A stretch of DNA of 64,000 bases from an uncultured Microthrixaceae bacterium. GTDB taxonomy: Bacteria; Actinomycetota; Acidimicrobiia; Acidimicrobiales; Acidimicrobilacustridaceae. Below are positions 1 to 10,135 of this stretch, piece after piece. Numbering within the stretch: the stretch's first letter is position 1; the number at the start of each line of letters is the position of its first letter. Where the stretch lies: contig CAVUGJ010000002.1 in assembly GCA_963740985.1 (NCBI GenBank), forward strand, positions 4,591,105 through 4,655,104. Direction: 5' to 3'. Both the position numbers and the translations under genes were made by a program. Below the pieces are notes generated by a model. It worked only from the letters and a program-made list of their open reading frames with translations, made no database searches and was not told where the DNA came from.

Positions 1-122
1 CCGGCACGACCGTGGTGATGGCCACCCACGATCGCGGCATCGTCGACACCATGCGGCGCCGGGTCATCGAGCTCGACCGCGGCGCCATCGTCCGCGACCA
101 GTCGCGCGGCGTCTACGAGTAG
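1..122 (+). CDS. ftsE: Cell division ATP-binding protein FtsE, C-terminal fragment (5' end lies outside the window)
   Basis: Reads ...[39 protein letters not shown] with stop TAG at 120-122. This is an ABC-ATPase C-terminus directly upstream of ftsX. Confidence 0.8.
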   Translation, partial: GTTVVMATHDRGIVDTMRRRVIELDRGAIVRDQSRGVYE

Positions 123-135
123 GACCTCACCCACC

Positions 136-1029
136 ATGCCCAAACTCGATTACGCCGTCCGCGAGACGGCCTCGAACCTCAGTCGCAACTTCACCATCAC
201 CCTGGCGTCGATCATGACCGTGGTGGTGTCGCTGGCCCTGGTCGGCGCGTCGCTGATGCTGCGCCAGGGCGTGCAGAACGCCACCCGGCGCTGGCAGGGC
301 GGCATCGAGTTCGTGGTGTTCATGAAGCCCGATGCCAGCCCGGCCCAGACCAAGGCGGTGGAACAGGACCTGCGCAACAACCCGGAGGTCCAGCGCTTCA
401 CCTACGTCGACCAGCAGGCGTCCTACGCCGAGTTCAAGCAGCTGTTCAAGGGCCAGCCCGACCTGATCACCAGCGTGACCCCCAACGAGCTTCCCCCGTC
501 GTTCCGGGTGGTGCCGGTGAGCAAGAGCGAACAGGCCATCAACACGCTGGGCAACCTGTTCCAGAGCAAGCCCGGCGTGCGTGAGGTGTCCTACGCCTCG
601 GCCACCATCCGGGCGGTGCAGGAGCTGTCACAACGGCTGACGGTGGGCATCATCGTCGTGGCCCTGGTGCTGCTGGGGGCAGCCATCCTGCTGATCTTGA
701 ACACCATCCGCATGGCCATGTTCGCTCGCCGCCGGGAGATCGAGGTCATGAAGCTGGTGGGGGCCACCAACTGGTTCATCCGCGTCCCGTTCATGCTCGA
801 GGGCCTCGTCCAGGGTGTCGTCGGTGCCGGTTTGGCGGTGCTGGCGCTGGCCAGCTTCAAGCCGTTCTTCCAGCGTTGGCTGCCCAACCCGCAGGACTTC
901 CCGCTGGTGAACGGCTTCGTCCTGTCCAGCCGTGAGCTGCTCACCATCTACGCGCTCATGTTCATCACCGGCTGCGTGGTGGGCGTGATCGGTGCCGGCG
1001 TCGCCGTCACCCGTTTCCTCGACGTCTGA
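136..1029 (+). CDS. ftsX: Cell division permease-like protein FtsX
   Basis: 297-aa ORF with N-terminal MPKLDYAVRETASNLSRNFTITLASIMTV, one TM, an extracellular loop, then three C-terminal TMs (FtsX layout). It follows ftsE. Confidence 0.9.
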   Translation: MPKLDYAVRETASNLSRNFTITLASIMTVVVSLALVGASLMLRQGVQNATRRWQGGIEFVVFMKPDASPAQTKAVEQDLRNNPEVQRFTYVDQQASYAEFKQLFKGQPDLITSVTPNELPPSFRVVPVSKSEQAINTLGNLFQSKPGVREVSYASATIRAVQELSQRLTVGIIVVALVLLGAAILLILNTIRMAMFARRREIEVMKLVGATNWFIRVPFMLEGLVQGVVGAGLAVLALASFKPFFQRWLPNPQDFPLVNGFVLSSRELLTIYALMFITGCVVGVIGAGVAVTRFLDV

Positions 1030-1132
1030 CCCGCCCCCGGAGCTCGCGCCGCGCCTTGGGTCCGGCCGCGCCATCTCGGCACGTCTGACCACCGTTTCGG
1101 TGGCTGGATGTGCTCGGTGGCAGGCTCTGGAC

Positions 1133-2018
1133 ATGGACTACACGGAGATCGCCTACGAGGTCGAGGATCAGGTGGCCACGATCACACTCGACCGTCCGGA
1201 TCGACTGAACGCCTTCACCGTGAGGATGATGCGGGAGCTGATCGACGCGTTCGACCAGGTGGATGCCGATGACGACGTGCGGGCCGTCATCGTCACTGGC
1301 CGGGGTCGTGCGTTCTGCGCCGGCGCCGACCTGGCCGGCGGCGGCGACACGTTCAATGCGGATGCCAGCCCGAAGGCCGACGCAGCCGTCGAATCCAGGC
1401 GGGCACGCGATTCGGTGCCGCGGGATGCCGGCGGACGGGTCACGCTGCGCATCTTCGAGTGCACCAAGCCGGTGATCGCAGCCATGAACGGCTCCGCCGT
1501 CGGCATCGGCGTGACCATGACCCTGCCCATGGACATCCGCATCCTGGCCGACCATGCCAAGGTCGGGTTCGTGTTCGCCAGTCGGGGGATCACGCCCGAG
1601 GCCGCGTCGAGCTGGTTCCTGCCCCGCATCGTGGGCATCAGCCAAGCCCTCGAGTGGTGCCTCAGCGCCCGACTGTTCCTGGCCCCCGAGGCCCTGTCCG
1701 GCGGGCTGGTGCGCAGCATCCATCCCGCCGACCAGGTGATGGAGGTGGCCCGAGGTCTGGCCGCCGAGATCGCCACCAACGCGGCACCGGTCTCGGCCAC
1801 GCTGACCCGCCAGATGCTGTGGCGGATGCTGGGGGCCGACCACCCGATGGAGGCCCACAAGCTCGACTCGCGCGCCATCTACGACTCGGGCCGCGGTGCG
1901 CGACGCCCGCGAGGGCGTCACCGCCTTCCTGGAGAAGCGTCCGGCTTCGTGGGTCATGAAGCCGAGCCAGGACCTGCCGGACTGGTACCCGTGGTGGGAG
2001 GACCGCCCCTTCGAATAG
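1133..2018 (+). pseudogene. Enoyl-CoA hydratase/isomerase (crotonase) family protein, interrupted by a frameshift near 1895-1901
   Basis: MDYTEIAYEVEDQVATITLDRPDRLNAF...GRGRAFCAGADL is a crotonase signature. The conserved tail DAREGVTAFLEKRPASWVMKPSQDLPDWYPWWEDRPFE* sits in the next frame (stop TAG 2016-2018). Track ORF 992..3400 is an artefactual read-through. Confidence 0.8.
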
Positions 2019-2173
2019 CTCGGCGACTTGCTCGGCCCTTTGCCCGGCGGGCCTCCCGGCGGGCGCCTTCGGCATCCGGCTTCCATCGGTCCAGCGGCTC
2101 CGGCCTGGCGGCCTGCGCCTTCCGGGCCTCCGGCATCCACCGAATGGAGGCCCGGGCGTGCCACGGTGCGGGC

Positions 2174-3400
2174 ATGGACGAAGGGCCGAGCGCTTCGGCC
2201 GGCACGCCCCCGAGCGCGGGAGCGCCCGCCCCGACCACCCCGACCATCCGAGACCAGATGCCGCCGTGGATCCCGCGCGTCATCCTCCTGGTCTTCCTCG
2301 CCATCGTCGGTCTGCTGGCCGGCAGCTGGCTCCTGACCCGCCTGCACGACCTGCTGCTGACCTTCGTCGTCGCCCTGTTCCTGTCCTTCGCCCTGGAGCC
2401 GGCGGTGGACTCGCTGGCCCGACGCGGATGGCGTCGCGGTCCGGCCACCGCTCTGGTGCTGGTCGTCCTGCTCGGGACGCTGCTCATCTTCTTCGGTCTG
2501 ATCGGCAAGCTGATCGTCGACCAGATCACCCAGTTCATCGACCAGGCCCCGGCCAAGAGCCAGAACCTGGAGCACTGGATCAATCGCAACTTCGGCACCC
2601 ATCTGACCAACAAGCAGATCTCGAAGGAGTTCAACGATCCCAACGGTCCGGTCCGCGGCTTCGCCACGCACCTGGCCGGCAACGCTCTCGGGTTCAGCCT
2701 GAGCGCGCTGGACGTGATCTTCCGATTCTTCACCATCCTGCTCTTCACCTTCTACCTGGTGGCCGACGGGCCTCGCTTCCGTCGGCTCATCTGCTCGTTC
2801 ATGCGACCCGATCGCCAGCGGGAGGTGTTGGCCAACTGGGAGGTGGCGATCCAGAAGACCGGCGGCTACCTCTACTCCCGCCTCCTGCTCGGGATCATCC
2901 AGGCCGTGTTCCACTACATCGCCTTCGTCCTCATCGGCATCCCGTACCCGCTGGCACTGGCCCTGTTCGTGGGCGTGGTCTCCCAGTTCGTGCCGGTGGT
3001 GGGCACCTACATCGCCAACGGCTTCCCGGCCCTGATCGCCCTGGCCGTGGATCCGGTCAAGGCCATCTGGGTGGTCGGGTTCGCGGTGATCTTCCAGCAG
3101 GTGGAGAACTACTTCATGGCCCCGCGCATCACGGCGCGGACGATGTCGCTGCACCCGGCGGTGGCCTTCGGCTCGGTGCTGGCCGGGGCCGGGTTGTTCG
3201 GTGCCATCGGTGCCCTGATCGCCCTGCCCGTGGCCGCGGTGGTGCAGGCCGTGGGATCCACCTACTTCAGCCGCCACGAAGTGGTCGAGTCGCGGATGAC
3301 CGCAGAGCCCGTGCGGCGCCACCGCTGGTTCCGGCGGGGCTCGGACCCCCCCGACGACCCCGACGAATGGACTCCCGAGGCGGCCGCCCCCGATCCGTGA
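2174..3400 (+). CDS. AI-2E family transporter (PerM-like membrane protein)
   Basis: Multi-TM protein ...WIPRVILLVFLAIVGLLAGSWLL...FYLVADGPRFRRLI...VPVVGTYIANGFPALIAL...FQQVENYFMAPRITARTMSLHPA, typical of the AI-2E/PerM family. The start could instead be ATG 2144. Confidence 0.8.
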   Translation: MDEGPSASAGTPPSAGAPAPTTPTIRDQMPPWIPRVILLVFLAIVGLLAGSWLLTRLHDLLLTFVVALFLSFALEPAVDSLARRGWRRGPATALVLVVLLGTLLIFFGLIGKLIVDQITQFIDQAPAKSQNLEHWINRNFGTHLTNKQISKEFNDPNGPVRGFATHLAGNALGFSLSALDVIFRFFTILLFTFYLVADGPRFRRLICSFMRPDRQREVLANWEVAIQKTGGYLYSRLLLGIIQAVFHYIAFVLIGIPYPLALALFVGVVSQFVPVVGTYIANGFPALIALAVDPVKAIWVVGFAVIFQQVENYFMAPRITARTMSLHPAVAFGSVLAGAGLFGAIGALIALPVAAVVQAVGSTYFSRHEVVESRMTAEPVRRHRWFRRGSDPPDDPDEWTPEAAAPDP

Positions 3401-3489
3401 CCAGCCGGTCGGCCGGTAGGATGCAAGCGATCTCGATCGCCGCTGTGGCGCCGAACTTCGACGCCGACGATCATCCCAAAGGAGCAGTC

Positions 3490-4435
3490 ATGCCCTTCGC
3501 CAACCCCGCGCTGAACGAGCGGGTCTTCGACAAGGAGATGGGGGACGACACCCAGGCTGGGTGGGCCTCGCCCGGCGGCCCCGCCACGGGCACAGCCGTT
3601 CCCGCCCCCACGTCTCCCGCCGGCGTGCCGCCCCAGGGGTCGGCGTCGGGCTTCGGCGGCCAGCCGCCAGCCGGCTACGGGGGGATGCGCCAGGCGTCGC
3701 CCACCCCATCGTTCGAGACGACCGACAAGGTCATGACCACCGGTGGCACCTTCACCGCCACCCTGGTCCTGTTCGCCATCCTGCTGGTCGGTGGCTACTT
3801 CGGCTGGAACGCCATCCATGTCACCACACTCACCAACCCGGTGACCCAGGTGGTCGTCCTACTCCATCAACACCCCGCCGGCATGGATCTGGGTCGCCTT
3901 CTTCGCCGCCCTCGGCCTGGGCTTCCTGACCATCTTCAAGCCGAAGCTGGCCCGGGTCAGCGGTCCCGTCTACGCGGTGTGCGAAGGCGCGGTGCTGGGC
4001 GCCATCTCCTCGGCCTACAACCTCCAGTTCAACGGCATCGTGTTGCAGGCCGTCCTGGCCACCCTGGCCGTGTTCGCCACCATGTTGTTCCTCTACGCCA
4101 CGCGCCTGGTCAAGGTGACCGAGCGGTTCCGCCGAATCACCATCTTCGCCATGGTCGGCATCTTCGTGATGTACGCCGTCTCGTTCGTGGCCCAGGCCAT
4201 CACCGGCAACGTGGCCTTCATCAACCAGCCCTCGCTGTTCGGCATCGGCCTGTCGGTGGTCATCGTGATCGTGGCCTCGATGAACCTGATGCTCAACTTC
4301 GACTTCGTCGAGAAGGCGGTGGCCGCCCGGGCCCCCAGGTACATGGAGTGGTACGGCGCCTTCGGGCTGATGATCGCCCTGGTCTGGCTGTACCTCGAGA
4401 TCCTGCGCCTGTTGGCCCTGCTGAACCGCCGCTGA
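3490..4435 (+). pseudogene. Bax inhibitor-1/YccA family membrane protein, frameshift near 3855-3860
   Basis: AAAGGAG sits 5 nt upstream of ATG 3490. MPFANPALNERVFDKEM is followed by a Pro/Gly-rich region. The frame then switches to ...YSINTPPAWIWVAFFAALGLGFLTIFKPKLARVSGPVYAVCEGAVLG..., which is track ORF 3977..4435. Confidence 0.75.
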
Positions 4436-4552
4436 GCCGGGCTCCCCGACGCCCAGTCGGGGCGGCAGACGACTGAGCATCGATCGGTTTGATCGGGCAT
4501 CAGCGCAAACGCGGGGTTCTCAGAATCAGAGTTGCTGGGTAATCTGACCTGT

Positions 4553-5951
4553 ATGTCCATCGTGGAAGCACGAGGACGAGCCGGGAAACAAGCTGGCCGG
4601 CCAGACCACTCGGTTCGTCCCACCACCCACCGGGGACCGTTGGCTCCCCTCATCGAATCGCTGCTGGGCGCCGATCCGCCCGTCAGGTTCGAGGCGTACG
4701 ACGGCACGCGGCTGGGTCCGCCCGACGCCGAGGCCACCCTGGTCGTCCGGTCACCCGATGCGTTGCGCCGCATCGTGACCGCGCCCGGGGAGCTCGGGCT
4801 GGCCCGGGCGTACGTGGCCGGCGACATCGACTTCGAGGGGGACATCTTCGCTGCTCTCGAGGTGCGCCGCCGGTTCGATGGCGCCCGCATCGGCTGGCGC
4901 CAGGTGCTCGACATCCTGCGCATCGCCGGGCCCTCGGTGCTGCGGCCGCTGCCGGCGCCCCCCGAGGAGATGAAGCCCAAGGGTCGGCTGCACTCGATCT
5001 CGCCGCGACGCCACTGCCGTCTCCCACCACTACGACGTCAGCAACGAGTTCTACGCGCTGCTGTTGGGACCGACCATGACCTATTCGTGCGCGGTGTGGG
5101 ACGACCCCGGCGCCCTGCATCCCGACGGCACGCCCGACCCGGCCGGCCTCGACGCCGCCCAACAGGCCAAGTACGAGCTGATCTGTCGCAAGCTCGGGCT
5201 CGAAGCGGGTATGCGCCTGCTCGACGTGGGCTGTGGGTGGGGTGGGATGGTGCGCCACGCCGCTCGCAACTACGGCGTCGAAGCGGTGGGCATCACCGTG
5301 TCGGCCGAGCAGGCCCGATGGGCTCGGGCCCAGGTCGAGGCCGAAGGACTGGCCGACCGGGTGGAGATCCGCCTGCAGGACTACCGCGACGTGCACGACG
5401 GGCCCTACGACGCCATCAGCTCCATCGGCATGTTCGAACACGTCGGCCGGGCCCGCCTGCGTCAGTACTTCCAGGGCCTCTACGACCTGCTGGCCCCCGG
5501 TGGCCGCCTGCTCAACCACGCCATCAGTCGGCCGCCGAACGAGGGCGAGCGCATCAACCCTCGCGGGTTCATGGGTCGCTACGTGTTCCCCGACGGGGAG
5601 CTCATCGAAGTCGGCTCGGTGGTCACCGAACTGCAGTCCCTGGGCTTCGAGGCTCGACACGTCGAGGATCTGCGCGAGCACTACGCCCTCACCCTGCGGG
5701 CCTGGGTGGCCAACCTGGAGGCCGGGTGGGACGAAGCCGTGGCGCTGGTGGGCGAATCTCGGGCCCGCATCTGGCGGCTGTATCTGGCAGGCTGCGCGGT
5801 GAGCTTCGAGGACGGCGACACGGCCATCCACCAGGTGCTGGGCGTCAAGCTCGACCAGGGCCGATCGGGTTTGCCCCTGCGTCCGCGCTGGGAGCGCTTG
5901 TCCCTCAGCCACTGGGGCGTCGGCAACGACGACCCCATCGTGCTGGTGTGA
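4553..5951 (+). pseudogene. cfa: Cyclopropane-fatty-acyl-phospholipid synthase family SAM-dependent methyltransferase, frameshift near 4998-5006
   Basis: The N-terminal part ...PPVRFEAYDGTRLGPPDAEATLVVRSPDALRRIVTAPGELGLARAYVAGDIDFEGD is in one frame. SHHYDVSNEFYALLLGPTMTYSCAVW...LLDVGCGWGGM (SAM motif) continues in another frame and ends at 5951. Confidence 0.8.
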
Positions 5952-5971
5952 CCTGATCGCCTCTGGTTCAC

Positions 5972-7174
5972 ATGCCGATCGAGTTCGATCGTCAGCAGGT
6001 GCTGGCCCACCGCGTCCACATCCACGAGTTCGACCGTCGGGTGGCGCGCCCGGCCGACCTGGCCGTGCTCGACCTCGGCATCCAGGACACCCCCGTGGGC
6101 GCGGCTCGCCAGGCTCTGGCCGCCAGGCTGCCCGGGTCATCCGCTTCCGACGGTGCCCGGTCCGACGACGCCCTGTTCGGGGGAACCGACCCGCTGGCCC
6201 TGGTGTGGTCGCACCGCGGCGCGCCCCACCTGCACCGCGCCGATGATCTGGTCGGACTGGCCCGGGCGCTGTGGCCGTGGTCCGACGCCGACGCCCGGGC
6301 CCGGATGGGACGGGCGGCCACCCGGCTGGTCGGCGCCGGGATCGCACCCTTGGAGGGCCTGCGCCTGACGGCGGAGGCCTGGCACTCGGTGGTGACCGGG
6401 TCGGGACCGGGAGGCCTGACCAAGGGGGAGATCAGTGCGGCCGTGACCGAGCGCCTGCCCGACGAGGTGCCCGAGTGGTGTCGCGGCTGCCAGAGCACCC
6501 ATGTCAACGACCTGCTGTTCCGACTGGGGGCACTGCCCGCCGGGGCTCGGATCGCGCCCGGTCGTACGCCGCTCACCTTCGAACCCGTCGCCCGGTGGGC
6601 GGGGGTGCCGGACAGCCCCGCGGGCACGGACCGCATGGTGTCGTCCTATCTCCGGCTCCTGGGGCCGGCCACCGCGGTGGAGGCGGCCGGGTTCCTGGGG
6701 ACCACGGCCAAGGCCATCGGCGTCGGCGCGGGCGGTGGGCCGGGGGGCGGGCTGGGGGACTGGCCCGAGGGCCTGGTCCAGGTTCGCGTGGATGGCCAGG
6801 ATCGGTGGATGGCCGAGACCGACGTGGAGGAGGTGGCCGCCGCCCCGGCGCCCGAGATGGTGCGGCTGGTCCCGGCCTCAGATCCCTACCTGCAGACCCG
6901 GGATCGGGACTGGCTGGTGCCCGACCCTGCGCATCGCCAGGCGTTGTGGAAGATCCTGTCCAGCCCCGGTGCCGTGCTGGTGGACGGGGAGGTGACCGGG
7001 ATCTGGCGGGCCAAGCAGACCAAGGCGACCAAGTCGGATCCCGAGGGGGCGCTGGTGATCACCGTCGAGGCGTTCGGGCGGCTGTCCCGGACCACCCGGG
7101 GGGCCCTCGACCAGGAGGCCCTCGGGCTGGCCCGGGTGAGAGGACTGGAGACAGCCGAGGTCCGCGTTCCCTAG
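5972..7174 (+). CDS. Winged-helix DNA-binding domain protein, YcaQ/AlkZ-like (possible DNA glycosylase family)
   Basis: 400-aa ORF. QVLAHRVHIHEFDRR...LVWSHRGAPHLH near the N-terminus and ...GAVLVDGEVTGIWRA... near the C-terminus resemble the YcaQ family. High GC3 throughout. Confidence 0.6.
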   Translation: MPIEFDRQQVLAHRVHIHEFDRRVARPADLAVLDLGIQDTPVGAARQALAARLPGSSASDGARSDDALFGGTDPLALVWSHRGAPHLHRADDLVGLARALWPWSDADARARMGRAATRLVGAGIAPLEGLRLTAEAWHSVVTGSGPGGLTKGEISAAVTERLPDEVPEWCRGCQSTHVNDLLFRLGALPAGARIAPGRTPLTFEPVARWAGVPDSPAGTDRMVSSYLRLLGPATAVEAAGFLGTTAKAIGVGAGGGPGGGLGDWPEGLVQVRVDGQDRWMAETDVEEVAAAPAPEMVRLVPASDPYLQTRDRDWLVPDPAHRQALWKILSSPGAVLVDGEVTGIWRAKQTKATKSDPEGALVITVEAFGRLSRTTRGALDQEALGLARVRGLETAEVRVP

Positions 7175-7183
7175 GGTGATCGG

Positions 7184-7981
7184 GTGCCCACCATCACCGC
7201 CAACGGCATCGACCTCTACTACGAACGAGATGGGCACGGTCGACGCCTGCTCTTCTGCAACGGATCGGGCACCACGCTGGCCACCACCGGCTTCCTGGTC
7301 GCACCCTTCCGCCGCCGATTCGACGTGGTGGCCCACGATCAGCGGGGCCTGGGGCGCACGGCCGTCCCGCCGGGGCCGTACACGATGGCGGACTACGCGG
7401 CCGATGCCGTCGCCCTGCTCGACGCGGTGGGTTGGGAGCGCTGTCGGGTGGTGGGCATCAGCTTCGGAGGCATGGTGGCCCAGGAGCTGGCGGTGACCTG
7501 GCCGGAGCGGGTGGAGCGCCTGGGCCTGCTCTGCACCTCGCCGGGCGGTCCTGACGCCGCCTCCTATCCGTTGCACGATCTGGACGATCTCGACGACCAA
7601 GCGCGGGCCGCGGTGTCGATGCGCATCCTCGACAGCCGCTTCACCCCCGAGTGGCTGGCCACCCACGACTTCGACCGCGCCATCGCCGAGGGCATGGCGG
7701 CCAGAGGCCAGGCCCCCCGCACCGAGGAGCAGCGGCGGGGGGAGGCCGCCCAGCTCGAGGCCCGCAGCCACCACGACGTGGTCGACCGGCTGGGTCGGAT
7801 CACCTGCCCCACGCTGGTTGCGTCCGGGCGCTATGACGGCATCGCGCCGGAGGCGAACGGTCGGACCATCGCGGATCGGGTCCCCGGCGCCGAGTTCCGC
7901 CTGTTCGAGGGTGGCCACGCCTTCTTCGGTCAGGACCCCGAGGCCATCCCGGCCGTGCTCGACTTCCTGGACGAGCCTTGA
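7184..7981 (+). CDS. Alpha/beta hydrolase
   Basis: NGIDLYYERDGHG...HDQRGLGRT...GISFGGMVAQELA (GxSxG nucleophile elbow); 265 aa. Confidence 0.85.
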   Translation: MPTITANGIDLYYERDGHGRRLLFCNGSGTTLATTGFLVAPFRRRFDVVAHDQRGLGRTAVPPGPYTMADYAADAVALLDAVGWERCRVVGISFGGMVAQELAVTWPERVERLGLLCTSPGGPDAASYPLHDLDDLDDQARAAVSMRILDSRFTPEWLATHDFDRAIAEGMAARGQAPRTEEQRRGEAAQLEARSHHDVVDRLGRITCPTLVASGRYDGIAPEANGRTIADRVPGAEFRLFEGGHAFFGQDPEAIPAVLDFLDEP

Positions 7982-8457
7982 ACGACCGGGAGGCCGAGGC
8001 GCTCGACTGGGTGGACATCAACCGTCTGCTGGCCCGATACGCGGACGTGGTCAACCGCCGCCAGTGGTCCGAGCTGGACGAGCTGTTCCGGCCCGACGCC
8101 GAGGTGGTGGTGGACCGGGTCACCGCCGATCCCATCCAGATGACCGGTCCCGCGGCGGTTGGCGCCTTCATCGGGGGCGCCATCGAGCGCTTCGGGTTCT
8201 TCGAGCTGGCCGTGCTCAACGCCCGGATCAACGTGGGCGCCGGCGGTGATCCGGACCGGGCCCGCGGGCGGGTCTTCATCACCGAGATCCGCCAGGATCG
8301 CCAGGGTGCCGCCTGGTCGCACACCTACGGCGTCTACCACGACACCTACCGCCGGGTCGACGGCGCCTGGTGGTTCGCCGATCGGGCCTACCAATCCCTG
8401 GCCCGCACGGGCGCCGAGACGGCTTTCGCCTTCCCCTCGAGTGCCAACCTTGACTGA
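7978..8457 (+). CDS. Nuclear transport factor 2 (SnoaL-like) family protein
   Basis: 159-aa ORF with a TTG start overlapping the upstream stop (TTGA). INRLLARYADVVNRRQWSELDELF is a typical SnoaL_4-like N-terminus. Confidence 0.7.
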   Translation: MNDREAEALDWVDINRLLARYADVVNRRQWSELDELFRPDAEVVVDRVTADPIQMTGPAAVGAFIGGAIERFGFFELAVLNARINVGAGGDPDRARGRVFITEIRQDRQGAAWSHTYGVYHDTYRRVDGAWWFADRAYQSLARTGAETAFAFPSSANLD

Positions 8458-9511
8458 CCAGGACTGCATCGACGGCTTGGTCCGTTCGCGGGTGGCGGTC
8501 ACGGGCGCCACCGGGTTCATCGGGGCCCACACCACCCTGGCCCTGCTCGAGGCCGGCCATGCGGTCACCGCCCTGGTGCGCGATCCGGCGCGGGTGGCGC
8601 GCACGCTGGGGCCGCTGGGGGTGTCCGCCGGGGACCTGGATCTGATCATCGGAGACATGAGCGATGCCGATGCCGTGGGTCGAGCCCTCGACGGCGCCGC
8701 GGCCGTGGTCCACTCGGCGGCAGTGGTGTCGCTCGAGAAGGCCCGGGCCGCCGAGGTCCTGGCCGCCAACCCCGAGGGCACCCGCATCGTGGTCGAGGCC
8801 GCCCTGGCCCGCCACCTCGACCCCATCATCTACGTGTCCAGCACGGCGTCGCTGTTCCGTCGCGGCCTCACCTCGCTGCACACCGACCTGGCGCCAGCCG
8901 AGTTGTCGAGCGCCTACGGCCGCTCCAAGGCGCTGGCCGAGACCTGGGTGCGCCAGCGCCAGGACGAGGGCGCGCCCATCGTCATCACCTACCCGGCGTC
9001 GGCCATGGGGCCGCCGGCAGGTCAGGCTTCCGGAGAGGTGTCGGCCGCGGTGGCCACCCATCTGCAGATGGGCTGGCTGCCCCTGCCTCGGGCCGGCTGG
9101 TCGATCGTGGACGTGCGGGACCTGGCCGCCGTGCACCTGGCCGCACTGGTGCCGGGCCACGGTCCGCGCCGCTACATGTGCGGTGGGGTCTACATGACCA
9201 TGGCCGAGCTGGGGGTGATCTACCGCGAGCTGACGGGTCGACGCATGCCGGTGGTGGCGTCGTCGGCCGCGGCGCTGCGCGGTCTGGGTCGTACCGTCGA
9301 CGCCTTGGGGCGCTACGTCTCGTTCGACACCATCTTCACCGGTGAGGCCATGGACATCTTCACCGGATGGGTGCCGACCGACGACCAGCTCACCCACGAC
9401 GAGCTGGGGGTGGCCTGGCGCGATCCCCGCCTCACCCTGGCCGACGAGATCGGGGGCCTGGTCGACGCCGGGCGGGTCAGCTCGGCCCAGGCCGGCGCGC
9501 TCGGCGGCTGA
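8450..9511 (+). CDS. NAD-dependent epimerase/dehydratase family (extended SDR) protein
   Basis: VAVTGATGFIGAHTTLALLEAGHAVTALVRD is a Rossmann GxxGxxG motif; YGRSK carries the catalytic YxxxK. The start is TTG 8450 or GTG 8441, inside track ORF 8159..9511. Confidence 0.8.
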   Translation: MTDQDCIDGLVRSRVAVTGATGFIGAHTTLALLEAGHAVTALVRDPARVARTLGPLGVSAGDLDLIIGDMSDADAVGRALDGAAAVVHSAAVVSLEKARAAEVLAANPEGTRIVVEAALARHLDPIIYVSSTASLFRRGLTSLHTDLAPAELSSAYGRSKALAETWVRQRQDEGAPIVITYPASAMGPPAGQASGEVSAAVATHLQMGWLPLPRAGWSIVDVRDLAAVHLAALVPGHGPRRYMCGGVYMTMAELGVIYRELTGRRMPVVASSAAALRGLGRTVDALGRYVSFDTIFTGEAMDIFTGWVPTDDQLTHDELGVAWRDPRLTLADEIGGLVDAGRVSSAQAGALGG

Positions 9512-9523
9512 CCGCGGCGCCCG

Positions 9524-10120
9524 TCAGCGCAGCGCCGACCAGAGGGTGTAGACGGCCAGGCCGACCAGGATCACCGCGGTGATGATCCGCAGGGTGGTCA
9601 CGTTCATGAACCGCAGCAGGCTCTGACCGCCCACGACGGCCAGGCCGGCGACAGCCCACAGGGCCAGCACCGCTCCCACCGCCACCGACAGCGGCTGGTG
9701 GTACTTGGCGGCCAGGTTGGCGGTCAGGATCTGGGTCAGGTCGCCCCACTCGGCCAGGAAGATCACCACGAAGGCGGTGACCGCCACCCGCCGATGGCTC
9801 TGCTCCTCGCGGTCCACCAGCGCCACCTCGGCCTCCTCATGGGCCGATTCGTTGCGTGCCTCGCGGATGGCCAGCACGGCGCCGAGCAGGAACAGCCCGC
9901 TCACCACCAGGTCGACGGCGCGGTGGCTCAACACGCGGAACAGGGCCACGCCCACCGTGACGGCGATGACGACGTGCACCAGGAAGGCGGCCGCTGCCCC
10001 CGCCCACACGGCCAGCGGACGCCCCTTGGTCGACAGCACCAGGGAGGCGAACATCGTCTTGTCGGGCAGCTCGCCCAAGAAGATGATCGGGAACACGGCG
10101 ACGACGACGGCGAGGTTCAC
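9524..10120 (-). CDS. TMEM165/GDT1 (UPF0016) family cation transporter
   Basis: Two copies of the E-x-G-D-(K/R) motif (FLGELPDKT and FLAEWGDLT) in a 198-aa, 6-TM protein. Confidence 0.85.
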   Translation of the reverse strand: MNLAVVVAVFPIIFLGELPDKTMFASLVLSTKGRPLAVWAGAAAAFLVHVVIAVTVGVALFRVLSHRAVDLVVSGLFLLGAVLAIREARNESAHEEAEVALVDREEQSHRRVAVTAFVVIFLAEWGDLTQILTANLAAKYHQPLSVAVGAVLALWAVAGLAVVGGQSLLRFMNVTTLRIITAVILVGLAVYTLWSALR

Positions 10121-10135
10121 GGCCGAGGGGACGGA

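Noticed and set aside
1007-3322. 771-aa minus-strand ORF, and similar very long ORFs at 9698..11854(+), 17567..19888(+), 21230..23740(+), 25987..27903(-), 30559..32940(+), 37886..40654(+), 4683..6347(-), 12986..14791(-)
   Set aside because: These are antisense shadow ORFs, typical of high-GC DNA. Their translations are Arg/Gly/Pro/His-rich low-complexity sequence. The opposite strand carries family-recognisable proteins with high GC3.
992-3400. 802-aa track ORF that looks like one giant fusion protein
   Set aside because: It is a read-through artefact. It joins the frameshifted crotonase gene (true C-terminus in another frame, stop at 2016-2018), a non-coding spacer, and the AI-2E transporter that starts at about 2174.
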